Positions 1 to 10,834 are shown, numbered from the stretch's first letter. The stretch is 33,209 bases of DNA from Chiloscyllium plagiosum (GCF_004010195.1 NC_057720.1:1676608-1709816), one strand, 5' to 3'. Made by a program: numbers and translations. The notes: a model not told the origin generated them from the sequence alone.

Positions 1-446
1 TCTCAGCCCATTGGCCCATCTGGTCCAGATCCTGTTGTAATCTGAGGTAACCCTCTTCACTGTCCACTACACCTCCAATTTCGGTGTCATCTGCAAACTT
101 ATTAACTGTACCTCTTATGCTCGCATCCAAATCATTTATGTAAATGACAAAAAGTAGAGAACCCAGCACCGATCCTTGTGGCACTCCACTAGTCACAGGC
201 CTCCAGTCTGAAAAACAACCCTCCACCACCACCCCATGTCTTCTACCTTTGAACCAGTTCTGTATCCAGATGGCTAGTTCTCCCTGTATTCCATGAGATC
301 TAACCTTGCTCATCAGTCTCCCATGGGGAACATTGTCGAACGCCTTACTGAAGTCCATATAGATCACATCTACTGCTCTGCCCTCATCAATCTCCTTTGT
401 TACTTCTTCAAAAAACTCAATCAAGTTTGTGAGACATGATTTCCCA
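1..446 (-). mobile_element. CR1-like LINE reverse transcriptase fragment (runs off the left edge)
   Basis: The minus strand encodes [20 protein letters not shown] and [17 protein letters not shown], typical CR1-clade RT motifs. Confidence 0.9.
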
Positions 447-448
447 CA

Positions 449-1572
449 ATCACATGGAATCCAGGGGAAACTCGCAAATTGGATACACAATTGGCTTGAT
501 GGTAGGAGGCAAAAGGTAACAGTGGAAGGATTCTTGTTGGACTAGAGCCTAGTGACTAGTGGAATGCCTCAGGAGTCGGTGCTGGGCCCATTGCTGTTTG
601 TTATTTATATCAATGATTTGTACGAGAATGTACAAGGCATGATTAGTAAGTTTGCAGATGACACTAAAATAGACAGTATTGTGGACAGTGAGGAAGGTTC
701 TCAGAGACTGCAGCAGGACCTTGATCAGTTGGGGAAGTGGCCTGAGAAATGGCAAATGGAGTTTAATATAGATAAGTGTGAGGTCTTGCATTTTGGAAAG
801 CCAAATCAAGGTAGGAGTTTCATGGTGAATGGTAGGGCCTTAAGGAGTGTAGTGGAACAGAGGGACCTTGGAGCTCACGTTCACAGTTCTCTGAAAGTGG
901 AGTCACAGGTAGACAGGGTAGTGAAGAAGGCTTTTGGCACACTGATCTTCATCAGTCAGGGCACTGAATATAGAAGTTGGGAAATTATGTTGCAGTTGTT
1001 CAGGATATTGGCAAGGCCGCACTTGGAGTTTTGTGTTCAGTTTTGGTCACCTTGCTATAGGAAGAATGTTATTAAACTGGAAAGAGTGCAAAAGAAATTT
1101 ACAAGGACGTTATCTGGACTTAATGGCCTGAGTTATAGGGAGAGGTTGGACAACAGAAGACTTTTTCCTTTCGAGCATACAAGAATGAGGGGGATCTTAT
1201 AGAAGTGTATAAGATCATTGAGAGGCATGGATAGGGTGAGTTCATTCAGTCCTTTCCCCAGGTTTGAGGAATCGAGGACTACAGGGCATCAATTTAAGGT
1301 TAAAGGGGAAAGAATAAAAGGGAACCTGACAGGCATTTTTTTAACACAAGTGATGGTACGCACATAGAATGAGCTGCCAACAGAAGTGGTTAAGGTGGAT
1401 ACATTAGCAACATTGAAAAGGCATTTGGACAAATACATGGATAAGAAAAGTTTAGAAGGATATGGGCCAAATGCAGGGAAATGGGTTTAGCATTGATGGA
1501 CATTTTGCTCGGCATGGACCAGTTTGGGGCAAAGGGCCTGTCTCTGTGCTGTATGACTATATGACTCTATGA
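449..1572 (+). mobile_element. 5'-truncated CR1-like LINE (RT C-terminal half, 3' UTR and microsatellite tail)
   Basis: ORF 552-1202 has [38 protein letters not shown]. It is frameshifted further on and ends in GGGCCTGT...GCTGTATGACTATATGACTCTATGA. Confidence 0.95.
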
Positions 1573-1687
1573 CACTCTCAAACTTGACCCGAATGGTTTC
1601 TAACCAGATCCAGACTTCATGAATAATCATTTCCAGGCAACGGTTTGTAGCTTAACCAAAAAGATTTAGCAGTTTGTTAACAATGTT

Positions 1688-1935
1688 TGAGGGGATACCC
1701 GTGGCAAGTATTTCACACAGAGGGTGGTGGGAGTCTGGAACGCGTTGTCAGCAGAGGTGGTAGAGGCAGGCACGGTAGATTCATTTAAGATGTGTCTGGA
1801 CAGATGCATGAGTAGGTGGGGAGCAGAGGGATATAGATGCTTAGGAATTGGGCAGCAGGTTTAGACAATAGATTTGGATCAGCTCAGGCTTGGAGGGCCG
1901 AAGGGCCTGTTCCTGGGCTGTAAATTCTCTTTGCA
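1688..1935 (+). mobile_element. CR1-like LINE 3' end
   Basis: Encodes FTQRVVGVWNAL and ends GGGCCGAAGGGCCTGTTCCTGGGCTGTAAATT. Confidence 0.85.
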
Positions 1936-2082
1936 CTTTGTAACAATTCAGAGTTTTGTAGCATTGTCAAAAACTGTCCATTCAACTAGATTGCAAGACA
2001 GATCATCTTTTCAAACTTGCACAATGCCTTGAATTCATGATCAACTCCTGAAACATGATGACTGGACAGTTCCCCTTGACTC

Positions 2083-2200
2083 AGAGGGATAGAGATCCTT
2101 AGGAATTGACCGATAAGTTTAGACAGTACATTTGGATCAGCACAAGCTTGGAGGGCCAAAGGGCCTGTTCCTGGGCTCTAAATTTTCTTTGTTCTTTGCT
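2083..2200 (+). mobile_element. Short CR1-like 3' UTR fragment, same subfamily as 1688-1935
   Basis: Aligns by eye with ~1825-1935 (AGAGGGATA...TTAGGAATTG...TTTGGATCAGC...GGGCCTGTTCCTGGGCT). Confidence 0.85.
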
Positions 2201-3079
2201 CTTTGTATGTAGTAACTTTAGCAGAGCAAAATTTAACAAAGTAATTTATTTGGAATATATTATAAACCCAAAACATTTGTTTTCATCTCCATTCACACAA
2301 TGGCAAACAGAGAGAAGGACAAACAAACAAACACAGTTAAGGGATAAACAAAAGAAAGTAACAAAACTGGTCAGATTCCTTAAGTTGTTTTCATAATGCA
2401 TAGATGATGGTTTCTTGGTTGATTTTCTCAGAATCTCAGTCAGGATCACATTTATAGTTCACTCAGGTACAGGCAGTAATACTTATAATTTAGGTTTCTA
2501 TTGTCCAACTATCCAAGAGCTGCTCATGGGAGGTTAGCCATGGAACTTTCAAATCTTCATGCTGGATCATCAATAGCTAGATTACCTTTCTCAAAAAACA
2601 CAGACCAAAACGCAATTCAAACACTGATCACTGCCTGACAGACTGACCATCTACTTCACAAGGTCCAAGTTACCATTCAATATCTGCCATCTGCTTTGAG
2701 CATAAGGAATATTCCAGATTTGCTGGAACCTATTCCCAGGTTATCATTATTTGCCAACTTCTGCTAATTGTTTAAACATAACATTCTTCCTCAGTGACAA
2801 ATAGTCTGCAGAACCTATTAATCAGGAAACAACCTGCAATTAACTTCCACGTCCGTCCTCACAAATAAACAAAAGATTGTTTTGGTCTGTTTTCTTTTTA
2901 ACAGAAGCTGTTAGGCACCATTCAAAAGTCTTCTTTAACTCTCAATTCCTATTTCACACCTCCAAACCAAAATAAAACTAATGAAAAATCAGCGAAGGCT
3001 CTAACACACTGCCCAATGCAGAGACAAATTTACAATGTTAGCTCACACTCATGAAGCATTGAGTTCAAGTGGGACACAC

Positions 3080-3240
3080 CCTGGCAGAGCACAACAGACC
3101 ATTCATTCCATTGTGGCACTGAAGCAGGATTCTCCGTTAACTTGCACATGGGCACTAAACTCTGTGGCCATCTCTGTCCAGGCTGTGTTCATCTGTTGGG
3201 ATGGTTTCTTGTTGACATCAAGAAAAGAACTTCCCTTCTC
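3080..3240 (-). pseudogene. Probable decayed Myb/SANT-like exon of a PIF/Harbinger DNA transposon
   Basis: The minus strand reads NTAWTEMATEFSA and, after a frameshift, QCHNGMNGLLCSAR followed by GT. This resembles the AWxEVAxxVSA...QCRKRxNDL pattern of Harbinger Myb-like proteins. Confidence 0.4.
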
Positions 3241-3282
3241 TCAACATCCACTCCCTCCATGACCTTCAATTTCTACCAACAA

Positions 3283-4356
3283 GATGCACTGCAGAAATTC
3301 ACCAAAGATCCTCAGATAGCACCTTCCAAACCCACAATCACTTGCAGTTAGAAGGACAAGAGCAGCAGATACATGGGAGCACCACCCCCTACAAGTTTCC
3401 CTCCAATGTTTATAATGTAATGTTTATTAATGACTTGGATGAGGGAGTCGAAGGGTGGGTCAGTAAATTTGCAGACGATACGAAGATTGGTGGAGTTGTG
3501 GATAGTGAGAAGGGCTGTTGTCAGCTGCAAAGGGACTTAGATATGATGCAGAGCTGGGCTGAGGAGTGACAGATGGAGTTCAACCCTGTCAAGTGTGAGG
3601 TTGTCCATTTTGGAAGGACAAATAAGAATGCGGAATACAGGGTTAACGGTAGGGTTCTTAGTAAGGTGGAGGAGCAGAGGGATCTTGGGGTCTATGTTCA
3701 TAGATCTTGGAAAGTTGCCACTCAGGTGGATAGAGCTTTAAGAAGGCCTATGGTGTATTAGCGTTCATTAACAGAGGGATTGAATTCAAGAGTCGTGAAG
3801 TAATGTTGCAGCTGTACAGGACCTTGGTAAGGCCACATTTGGAGTACTGTGTGCAGTTCTGGTCACCTCACTTTAGGAAAGATGTGGAAGCTCTGGAGAG
3901 GGTGCAGAGAAGATTTACCAGGATGTTGCCTGGAATGGAGAATAAGTTCAGGGGTGGGTTCTTTACCCAGAAAGTGGTGGGGGCGTGGAATGCGCTGCCC
4001 GTGGGAGTGGTAGAGTCCGAATCTTTGGTTACCTTTAAGCGGCAATTGGATAGGTACATGGATGGGTGCTTAAGCTAGGACAAATGTTCGGCACAACATC
4101 GTGGGCCGAAGGGCCTGTTCTGTGCTGTATTGTTCTATGTTCTATGTTCTAAGCCACTCAACATCCTGACTTGGAAATATAACCCCGTTCCTTCACTGTC
4201 ACTGGATCAAAATCCTGGAATTCCCTCCCCAAGGGCATTGTGGATCTACCTGCAGCACGCGGACCGCAGCAGTCTAAGAAGACAGCTCACCACCGAATAG
4301 GATGGGTAAGAAATGTTGGCCAGCCAATGATGCCCACGTCCCACCAGAGAATAAGC
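3283..4356 (+). mobile_element. L2/CR1-group LINE 3' end split into 3283-3405 and 4151-4356 by a nested CR1
   Basis: ...AAGTTTCCCTCCAA and AAGCCACTCAACATCCTGACTTGG... rejoin into a continuous repeat. The tail GATGGGTAAGAAATGTTGGCCAGCC...GCCCACGTCCC is related to the reverse-strand copy near 25345-25500. Confidence 0.7.
3420..4150 (+). mobile_element. Nested, internally deleted CR1-like LINE
   Basis: Encodes [21 protein letters not shown] and LVRPHLEYCVQFWSP, then jumps from GMEN straight to FFTQKVVGAWNAL. Ends in a (TGTTCTA)n tail. Confidence 0.95.
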
Positions 4357-4917
4357 ATTAAAGTATCCCCCTGTAATCTAACACCTTCTTCCCCACTGTT
4401 AACACCTGCGCCATAATGTTGTGGGAAAACTGTCCTGATCCTTAGCACAAGTCCCTCTGCTTTTACCTTCCCTTCATACCTAATCTCAACAAAACTAAGT
4501 CTTCCCATTATAACTTATGGTTCAGACAGAGGCCATTTAACCCACCATAGCTGTGCTGTCTCTTTGCAAGAGCAATAACATCAGCCCCATATCCCACATT
4601 TCTGGTAAGATCTGCAAATTTACATGCATCACAGCGTTAGTGTTAAAGTGATGTGCAAATGAAACAAGGGTGATGTGTGGGAGAAACAACACTATCTCAC
4701 CCATTGTGTAGTTAGTGTCTGGAATTGAATTGAATTTATTGTTACGTGTAACGAGGCACAGTGTTTGTCTTTGTCTTGCAGGCAATACAGGCAGATCACA
4801 GAATAAAGTAGCATTGATAAGTAAATAATAGGTAAACAGCGGCAAAAACAAAAACACAGATACAGGTGAATGTTAAGAGTTTGTGAGTCCATTCAGTAGT
4901 CTAACAACAGTAGAGTA

Positions 4918-5209
4918 GATTCTGGATCAGTGGTGCTGGAAGAGCACAGCAATTCAGGCAGCATCCGACGAGCAGCAAAATCGACGTTTCGGGCAAAAGC
5001 CCTTCATCAGGAATAAAGGCAGAGAGCCTGAAGCGTGGAGAGATAAGCTAGAGGAGGGTGGGGGTGGGGAGAAAGTAGCATAGAGTACCGAGTTTGTTTC
5101 AGGAGTTGCAGTGGGAGAGGGACTCCCTGAGATTCTTGTAGAGAGAGGAGGAAAACTTCTTCAAGGCAGGCATCCTTGCAAGAGGATTCACAGTAGGGTT
5201 AAAATCAAC
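4918..5209 (-). mobile_element. Penelope-like element terminal region, truncated by the assembly gap
   Basis: Highly similar to 20898-21052 over ~150 bp and carries a hammerhead core. Family assignment is inferred from the hammerhead and inverted-end architecture. Confidence 0.7.
4977..5014 (-). ncRNA. Minimal hammerhead ribozyme motif (intact core)
   Basis: Minus strand reads AUUC-CUGAUGA-A-GGGC-UUUU-GCCC-GAAAC-GUC-GAUUUU: conserved CUGANGA and GAAA boxes, 4-bp stem II, palindromic ACGU stem III and GUC cleavage triplet. Confidence 0.75.
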
Positions 5210-5762
5210 NNNNNNNNNNNNNNNNNNNNNNNNNNNNNNNNNNNNNNNNNNNNNNNNNNNNNNNNNNNNNNNNNNNNNNNNNNNNNNNNNNNNNNNNNNN
5301 NNNNNNNNNNNNNNNNNNNNNNNNNNNNNNNNNNNNNNNNNNNNNNNNNNNNNNNNNNNNNNNNNNNNNNNNNNNNNNNNNNNNNNNNNNNNNNNNNNNN
5401 NNNNNNNNNNNNNNNNNNNNNNNNNNNNNNNNNNNNNNNNNNNNNNNNNNNNNNNNNNNNNNNNNNNNNNNNNNNNNNNNNNNNNNNNNNNNNNNNNNNN
5501 NNNNNNNNNNNNNNNNNNNNNNNNNNNNNNNNNNNNNNNNNNNNNNNNNNNNNNNNNNNNNNNNNNNNNNNNNNNNNNNNNNNNNNNNNNNNNNNNNNNN
5601 NNNNNNNNNNNNNNNNNNNNNNNNNNNNNNNNNNNNNNNNNNNNNNNNNNNNNNNNNNNNNNNNNNNNNNNNNNNNNNNNNNNNNNNNNNNNNNNNNNNN
5701 NNNNNNNNNNNNNNNNNNNNNNNNNNNNNNNNNNNNNNNNNNNNNNNNNNNNNNNNNNNNNN
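5210..5762. other. Assembly gap (553 N)
   Basis: Run of N. Confidence 1.
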
Positions 5763-5960
5763 TTCCAACGCCCCTCCCCCAAGTCCCTCCTCCCTACCTT
5801 TTATCTTAGCCTGCTGGGCACACTTTCCTCATTCCTGAAGAAGGGCTTATGCCCGAAACGTCGATTCTCCTTTTCCTTGGATGCTGCCTGACCTGCTACG
5901 CTTTTCCAGCAACACATTTTCAGCTCTGATCTCCAGCATCTGCAGACCTCACTTTTTCCC
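5763..5960 (+). mobile_element. Penelope-like element terminal region (opposite orientation to 4918-5209)
   Basis: Hammerhead core followed by GGATGCTGCCTGACCTGCT...CCAGCATCTGCAG, the same terminus seen at 20312-20446 and, rearranged, at 31045-31169. Confidence 0.7.
5831..5867 (+). ncRNA. Minimal hammerhead ribozyme motif (intact core)
   Basis: AUUC-CUGAAGA-A-GGGC-UUAU-GCCC-GAAAC-GUC-GAUUC. CUGAAGA at 5835-5841, GAAAC at 5855-5859, predicted cleavage after C5862. Confidence 0.75.
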
Positions 5961-6145
5961 TTCTGTACCTTCTCCCCAATGTAGAAAAACATTGCCAGGG
6001 TGGGATGGATCTTTGAGAATGCTGGCAGCCTTTCCTTGACAGTGGGCCTGATAGATGGATTCTATAGATGGGAGGTTGGCCTTTGTGATTGTCCGGGCCG
6101 AGTTCACCACTCTCTGTAAACTGTCTCTAATCTAGAATCGAGACA

Positions 6146-6281
6146 GGGGGTGGCACGGTGGTACAGTGGTTAGCACTGCTACCTCAAAGCACCAGGGACT
6201 CGGGTTCAATTTAAGACACTTCAGAGGTCAGTGTGGACTTGTTGGGCTGAAGGGCCTGTTTCTACACTGCAGGGATTCTAA
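6146..6281 (+). mobile_element. Internally deleted HE1-type tRNA-derived SINE
   Basis: Pol III A-box-like TGGTACAGTGG and B-box-like GGTTCAATT, joined directly to a CR1-type tail GGGCTGAAGGGCCTGTTTCTACACTGCAGGGATTCTA. Confidence 0.8.
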
Positions 6282-6969
6282 GAATGCTCTGATGGTGCAC
6301 CTATAAAAGTTGGCAAGAGTATTCGCCATCATGCCAAATTCCCTCAGCTACCTGAGGAAGAAGAAATGTTGTTGGGCCTTTGTAACCAGTGCATCCACAT
6401 GAAGAGTCCAAGAAAGCTTGTTGTGGATGATCACTCCCAGGAGCTTGACACTCTCCAATGTAGTGTCTCAAAATATAGTCGAGGTTGTTTTTTTTAAATT
6501 CCTTCTCAGGATGGCTAAGCAGAATTTATTGGCCATTCCTAATTGCCCAGAGGGAGTCAGCACTGAGATTCAATGGAGACATTCCAGAGGGAATTGGATG
6601 ATCAGGGACGATGGGCCGAATTGCCTTCTTCTGCACTTTGAAAATGCAGTGATTTTGTGAATTAGCTTTCCTGAATTATTACTTGGCAACATTTCAATCA
6701 ATTAACAATTAACAGTAACTATACTATTCTCATCCTTCTCTGAAAAAATACACCCCAAAGTGGTAACATGGGAAACTGGATTACCCTCACCTGGACATCC
6801 ATGTGGAAGGAGGCAGGAAGAGATCAGAAGAGCTCCCCAATCCTTTTACAGCCGATTGCCCCGGGGCTATCTGAGAGAGAGGGCAGAGGACAGGCTCACT
6901 GTGCCCGAGGTGGACAGTGAGGCTTCCCCTACCCTTACCTCAAACAAGGTCAACATCTCCCTCCACACT

Positions 6970-6970
<1 letters not shown>

Positions 6971-7010
<40 letters not shown>
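6971..7010. repeat. Poly-C tract (C40)
   Basis: Directly visible. Confidence 0.95.
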
Positions 7011-7013
<3 letters not shown>

Positions 7014-7057
7014 CTTACCCCCGCTCCCTGTCCGAGCTACAGCAGCTGGCTCGAGCA

Positions 7058-7299
7058 CCGCGCGCTCCCTCCGGCCCCACTGACCCTCCCGCGCGCTCTC
7101 TCTGACCACACTGACCCTCCCGCGCGCTCTCTCCGGCCACACTGACCCTCCCACGCGCTCCCTCCGGCCACACTGACCCTCCCGCGCGCTCTCTCCGGCC
7201 ACACTGACCCTCCCGCGCGCTCCCTCCGGCCACACTGACCCTCCCACGCGCTCCCTCCGGCCACACTGACCCTCCCGCGCGCTCCCTCCGGCCACACTG
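7058..7299. repeat. 31-bp CpG-rich minisatellite, ~7.8 copies
   Basis: Unit CACTGACCCTCCCGCGCGCTCCCTCCGGCCA, starting at 7078, 7109, 7140, 7171, 7202, 7233, 7264. Confidence 0.97.
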
Positions 7300-8071
7300 G
7301 TCCAGCCCTTTCCCGCCCCACCCCCGCGCGCGCCTCCACTCCGGAGAAAGCCTCAAGGACAAGGGGCTAAAATGTCTCAGTGCCCACGGCCGGAGAGCCC
7401 GTTGGTGAATGGCCTGGGGTAGGTATTTCCCACCAGCCTGTGTCTCAGGGAGGTTCCCAGGGAGAATTCTGATTTCATCCATGGTTGACCATTCAGGGTT
7501 GGGACATTGCAGCGGCCGGCACATTATTCAGACAATAGCTTGGCACAACGCAGTCTGGAAACCACTGGTGATATTGGGAGACCCATGAGCAGGTGGCCAA
7601 AGCTTACCCTGCTTTAAGACGTGAACTACAGGCAAAAGCTCAGGTGAAATAACTTCAGTGACAACTGCTACAAATGCTGGTCAGAAACTACAATGCAGGA
7701 GTACAGACCTGTTTCACTGCCATTGGACTCTCTCTCCATGTTCTCACTTCCAACCCCAACCGCCTCCAGATTCAAGGAAATCAACTTCCACCACGTCTAG
7801 TGAACACACTAAAACTACATTGTAATTTTTGTTCTTTCTCAGAGTCTAGGTATCTCAACATTCTCAATTTACATTATATTCACTTTCATATTCTTTACAG
7901 TTAAATAGCGAAACGCACAGAAGTTTGAGAAGCAGAGACCGCAGTATTGGCTGAGGACCAAGCAGATGAAGTGATACACAGTGTCACCATTGATCAGTGA
8001 GTGAAATAATCTTGTGACATGTCTACATAGGAATTTATAATGTAAAACGTTGCCAAAGGAGTATAGATATA

Positions 8072-8391
8072 AGAATCATAGAATCAAGGATGTACAGCAT
8101 GGAAACCGACTCTGTGGTCTAACTCGTCCTTGCCAACCAGATATCCTAAATTAATCTAGTTCCATTTGCCAGCACTTGGCCCATATCCCTCTAAACCTTC
8201 CTAATAACACACCCATCCAGACGCTTTTTAAGTGTTGTAATTGTACCAGCCTCCACCACTTCCTCTGGCAGCTCCTTCCAGACACGCACTACCTTCTGCG
8301 AGAAAGTATTGTCTCTCAGGTCCCGTTTAAATCTTTCCCCTCTCACTTTAAACCTATGCCTTCTCGTTTTGCACTGCCCCACCCTGGGAAA
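8072..8391 (-). mobile_element. CR1/HER1-like LINE 3' end
   Basis: ORF 8191-8424(-) has TRRHRFKVRGERFKRDLRDNTFSQKVVRVWKELPEEVVEAG; tail repeat AGAATCATAGAATC. Confidence 0.9.
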
Positions 8392-9578
8392 TTTGAAGAT
8401 GATTATAGCTGCTGGTAATAACAATTACAGTTTTAATCAAACCACAATTTTATTAACTATGACGCAAATATGCCTTAAAACAATAAGTCAAAGATGCAGA
8501 TTAAATTGTTGTTGAAACAGATGTGAAGGTATAAAACAATGTTATTTTCATTTTTCATAAGATTGTCACACTTGTTTATTATTTACTTTGGAGGCCAGCA
8601 CATCATTTTTTTTTCAGACAAGACCTTAATAATATCCTTCACAGACAAAAAAAAATCAACTCAAACCGACAAACAAGTGAAGAAAAACATTATATTTGAC
8701 TGGGAAAGAAAAAAAAACATTTTCTCCCCCTACAATTGATTCAGAAGGGTTGGCTGTGAAAACAGAACATTGCAATGATGAATGAAAAATGTGGGTGAGA
8801 AAATGAGGATAGAACAAATGTAGAGAAAAAAAGTAAGAAATGATACATTATATAAGTGAAGACTGTCATTACATCTCCCAGAGACATCGCAAAATGCTTT
8901 GCATACAATGAGATACTTTGAAGTCAGTGACTTGTTTTGTCAGCACAAATGGCAGAGATTTTGTGGACAAGGTGCTGCAACAGTGGAGATGAATGGCTGA
9001 TTAACTGATGTAATTTGAGTTTTGAACTCTGTTACATTTATAAAAAACACACTTCTTGCTTTTGGTTGATAAGCCTTTGATATGAAACAATTGTCTAATG
9101 TAAGAAGCAGCTAGGACATGTTGGTGAGCAGGAATCCTTGCTATCATTGTACAAAAGCTCTGAATCAGTCAAAGGTTAGTCAGAAGTCCCTTAGCTTTTT
9201 TGAACAGCCCAAAACTGGTTGGCACCATGGCTTTGTACATGATTACAATCTAACCCATCCAGCCATTTCAACATAATCATTGGTTTTCATATTCATGAGA
9301 AAAAAATTGGCATTTTTGCATCATCCTTTTCTGACATTTCAAACAATGATCCAGGAATGTGTTTGTATATCACAATCTCTTACTTCCATAAGAAAACAGT
9401 TATGAAAATGTGATCTTCAACAGCAACTTTAATCATCTCAGGACATCAAACTAGAGAAATGTCATCATTTTATAGTGTATCAGAAGCTGTAGCTATTTGT
9501 CCCTGGCAAGATCCCATAAACACTAACCTAATTTATGTTTATCATGATGATTCAATGGTGCATACTGCCAAGGATTTG

Positions 9579-10018
9579 GACAGTGTGGCACTCCCTCAGC
9601 ACTGACCCTCCGACAGTGCAGCACTCCCTCAGTACTGACCCTCTGATAGTGCAGCACTCTCTCAGCACTGACCCTCCGACAGTGCAGCACTCCCTCAGTA
9701 CTGACCCTCTGATAGTGAAGCACTCTCTCAGCACTGACCTTCTGACAGTGCAGCACTCCCTCAGCACTGACCCTCTGACAGTGCAGCACTCCCTCAGCAC
9801 TGACCCTCCGACAGTGCAGCACTCCCTCAGCACTGACCCTCCGACAATGCAGCACTCCCTCAGCACTGACCCTCCGATAGTGCAGCACTCCCTCAGCACC
9901 GACCCTGCGACAGTGCAGCACTCCCTCAGCACTGACCCTCCGACAATGCAGCACTCCCTCAGCACTGACCCTCCGATAGTGCAGCACTCCCTCAGCACTG
10001 ACCCTGCGACGGTGCAGC
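9579..10018. repeat. 33-bp minisatellite, ~13 copies
   Basis: Unit CAGTGCAGCACTCCCTCAGCACTGACCCTCCGA; produces the 11-aa periodic ORFs in the track. Confidence 0.97.
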
Positions 10019-10834
10019 TTGGATTAAATACTCCTGTGAAGTGGGTCATCTGCCGAGAGCCGGCTGTTGGAGGGGGTATTGCCCTGTTCTGCCTCAGGAC
10101 TGTCTGCTTGAACCACATGCGGGTATCTGCGCGGTCCTGAGGTTTAGTTCAGCTTTTCTCCTTTCTCATCCGCGCATATGATCCCCGGGATTTTATTCTT
10201 GAAGTAATTGGAACTTTAAACAAGAACAGAATAAAGCCATCCATTAACTCCTGGATGAATATTTGTTTGATTTCCTACTCAGATATATGCCTTTCGTCTG
10301 AATGACGCTCTATATAGGTTTCAGGAAAGACGTTAAACCCAAAGCCCATTATATTCATCTTTCTAACTGTGCGTTTGGACACACACACATCACAGTGTCT
10401 GGCCGGAGGCGTGCTGCACACAGCTCGGGCACATTTTCCCTACATCAGTTCAGACACTCGTGAGTAAGAGGACGGTGCAAACATTTTTGTTCCATCGTGC
10501 AGGCTTAATTTGGGACTTTCTTTTGTGGTGGGGAGTTCAATCTGTTTCTCTGCTTGTCATGTAGAAAATGCGAAGAATAAAGGACAAGGATTGAACCCTT
10601 TGGTTAATCCCAGCCTGTCTCCATCTTCCAACATGGACACTCTCCCTCCCAAGTCTCTTTTCCACCAATTCTTCATTTAAAAAATAACAAAATCGGTTCA
10701 GAAGTTGTTGCTCACATATTCCGGTTTTAGACCGATTCCTCATTTCTTTGTTTTTAGAAGGTTCGACCCCTGGTCTCCATGTTTCATTCAGTTCCTACTG
10801 TATTCAGTATCCATCCTCCAAAAAAACCCAGAAA

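Larger units (their letters stand above)
4723..6457 (-). mobile_element. Rex1/Babar-like LINE 3' portion in three pieces (4723-4915, ~5960-6135, 6281-6457)
   Basis: The minus strand of 6290-6455 reads ESVKLLGVIIHNKLSWTLHVDALVTKAQQHFFFLR*LREFGMMANTLANFYRCTI. The tail AATAAATTCAATTCAATT lies at ~4723-4740. Interrupted by Penelope-like and SINE insertions. Confidence 0.75.

Noticed and set aside
552..1202. Active or domesticated reverse transcriptase gene
   Set aside because: It is 5'-truncated, lacks an endonuclease domain, has an altered PQG motif and is frameshifted downstream.
2208..3006. Possible solo LTR (TGT...ACA), with similar impressions at ~28320-29080 and ~29735-30300
   Set aside because: I could not establish a target-site duplication, paired LTR, primer-binding site or coding remnant by eye.
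5099..5809. ORFs of 187-232 aa
   Set aside because: They consist mostly of N gap.
6146..6212. tRNA gene
   Set aside because: A and B boxes are present, but there is no cloverleaf and it continues into a LINE-derived tail, so it is a SINE head.
6760..7524. Poly-Pro/poly-Gly and repetitive ORFs
   Set aside because: They are translations of the C40 tract and the 31-bp minisatellite.
9523..10140. Long repetitive ORFs and a CRISPR-like appearance
   Set aside because: Head-to-tail 33-bp units with no unique spacers, in a vertebrate context. The ORFs are open only because the unit length is a multiple of three.
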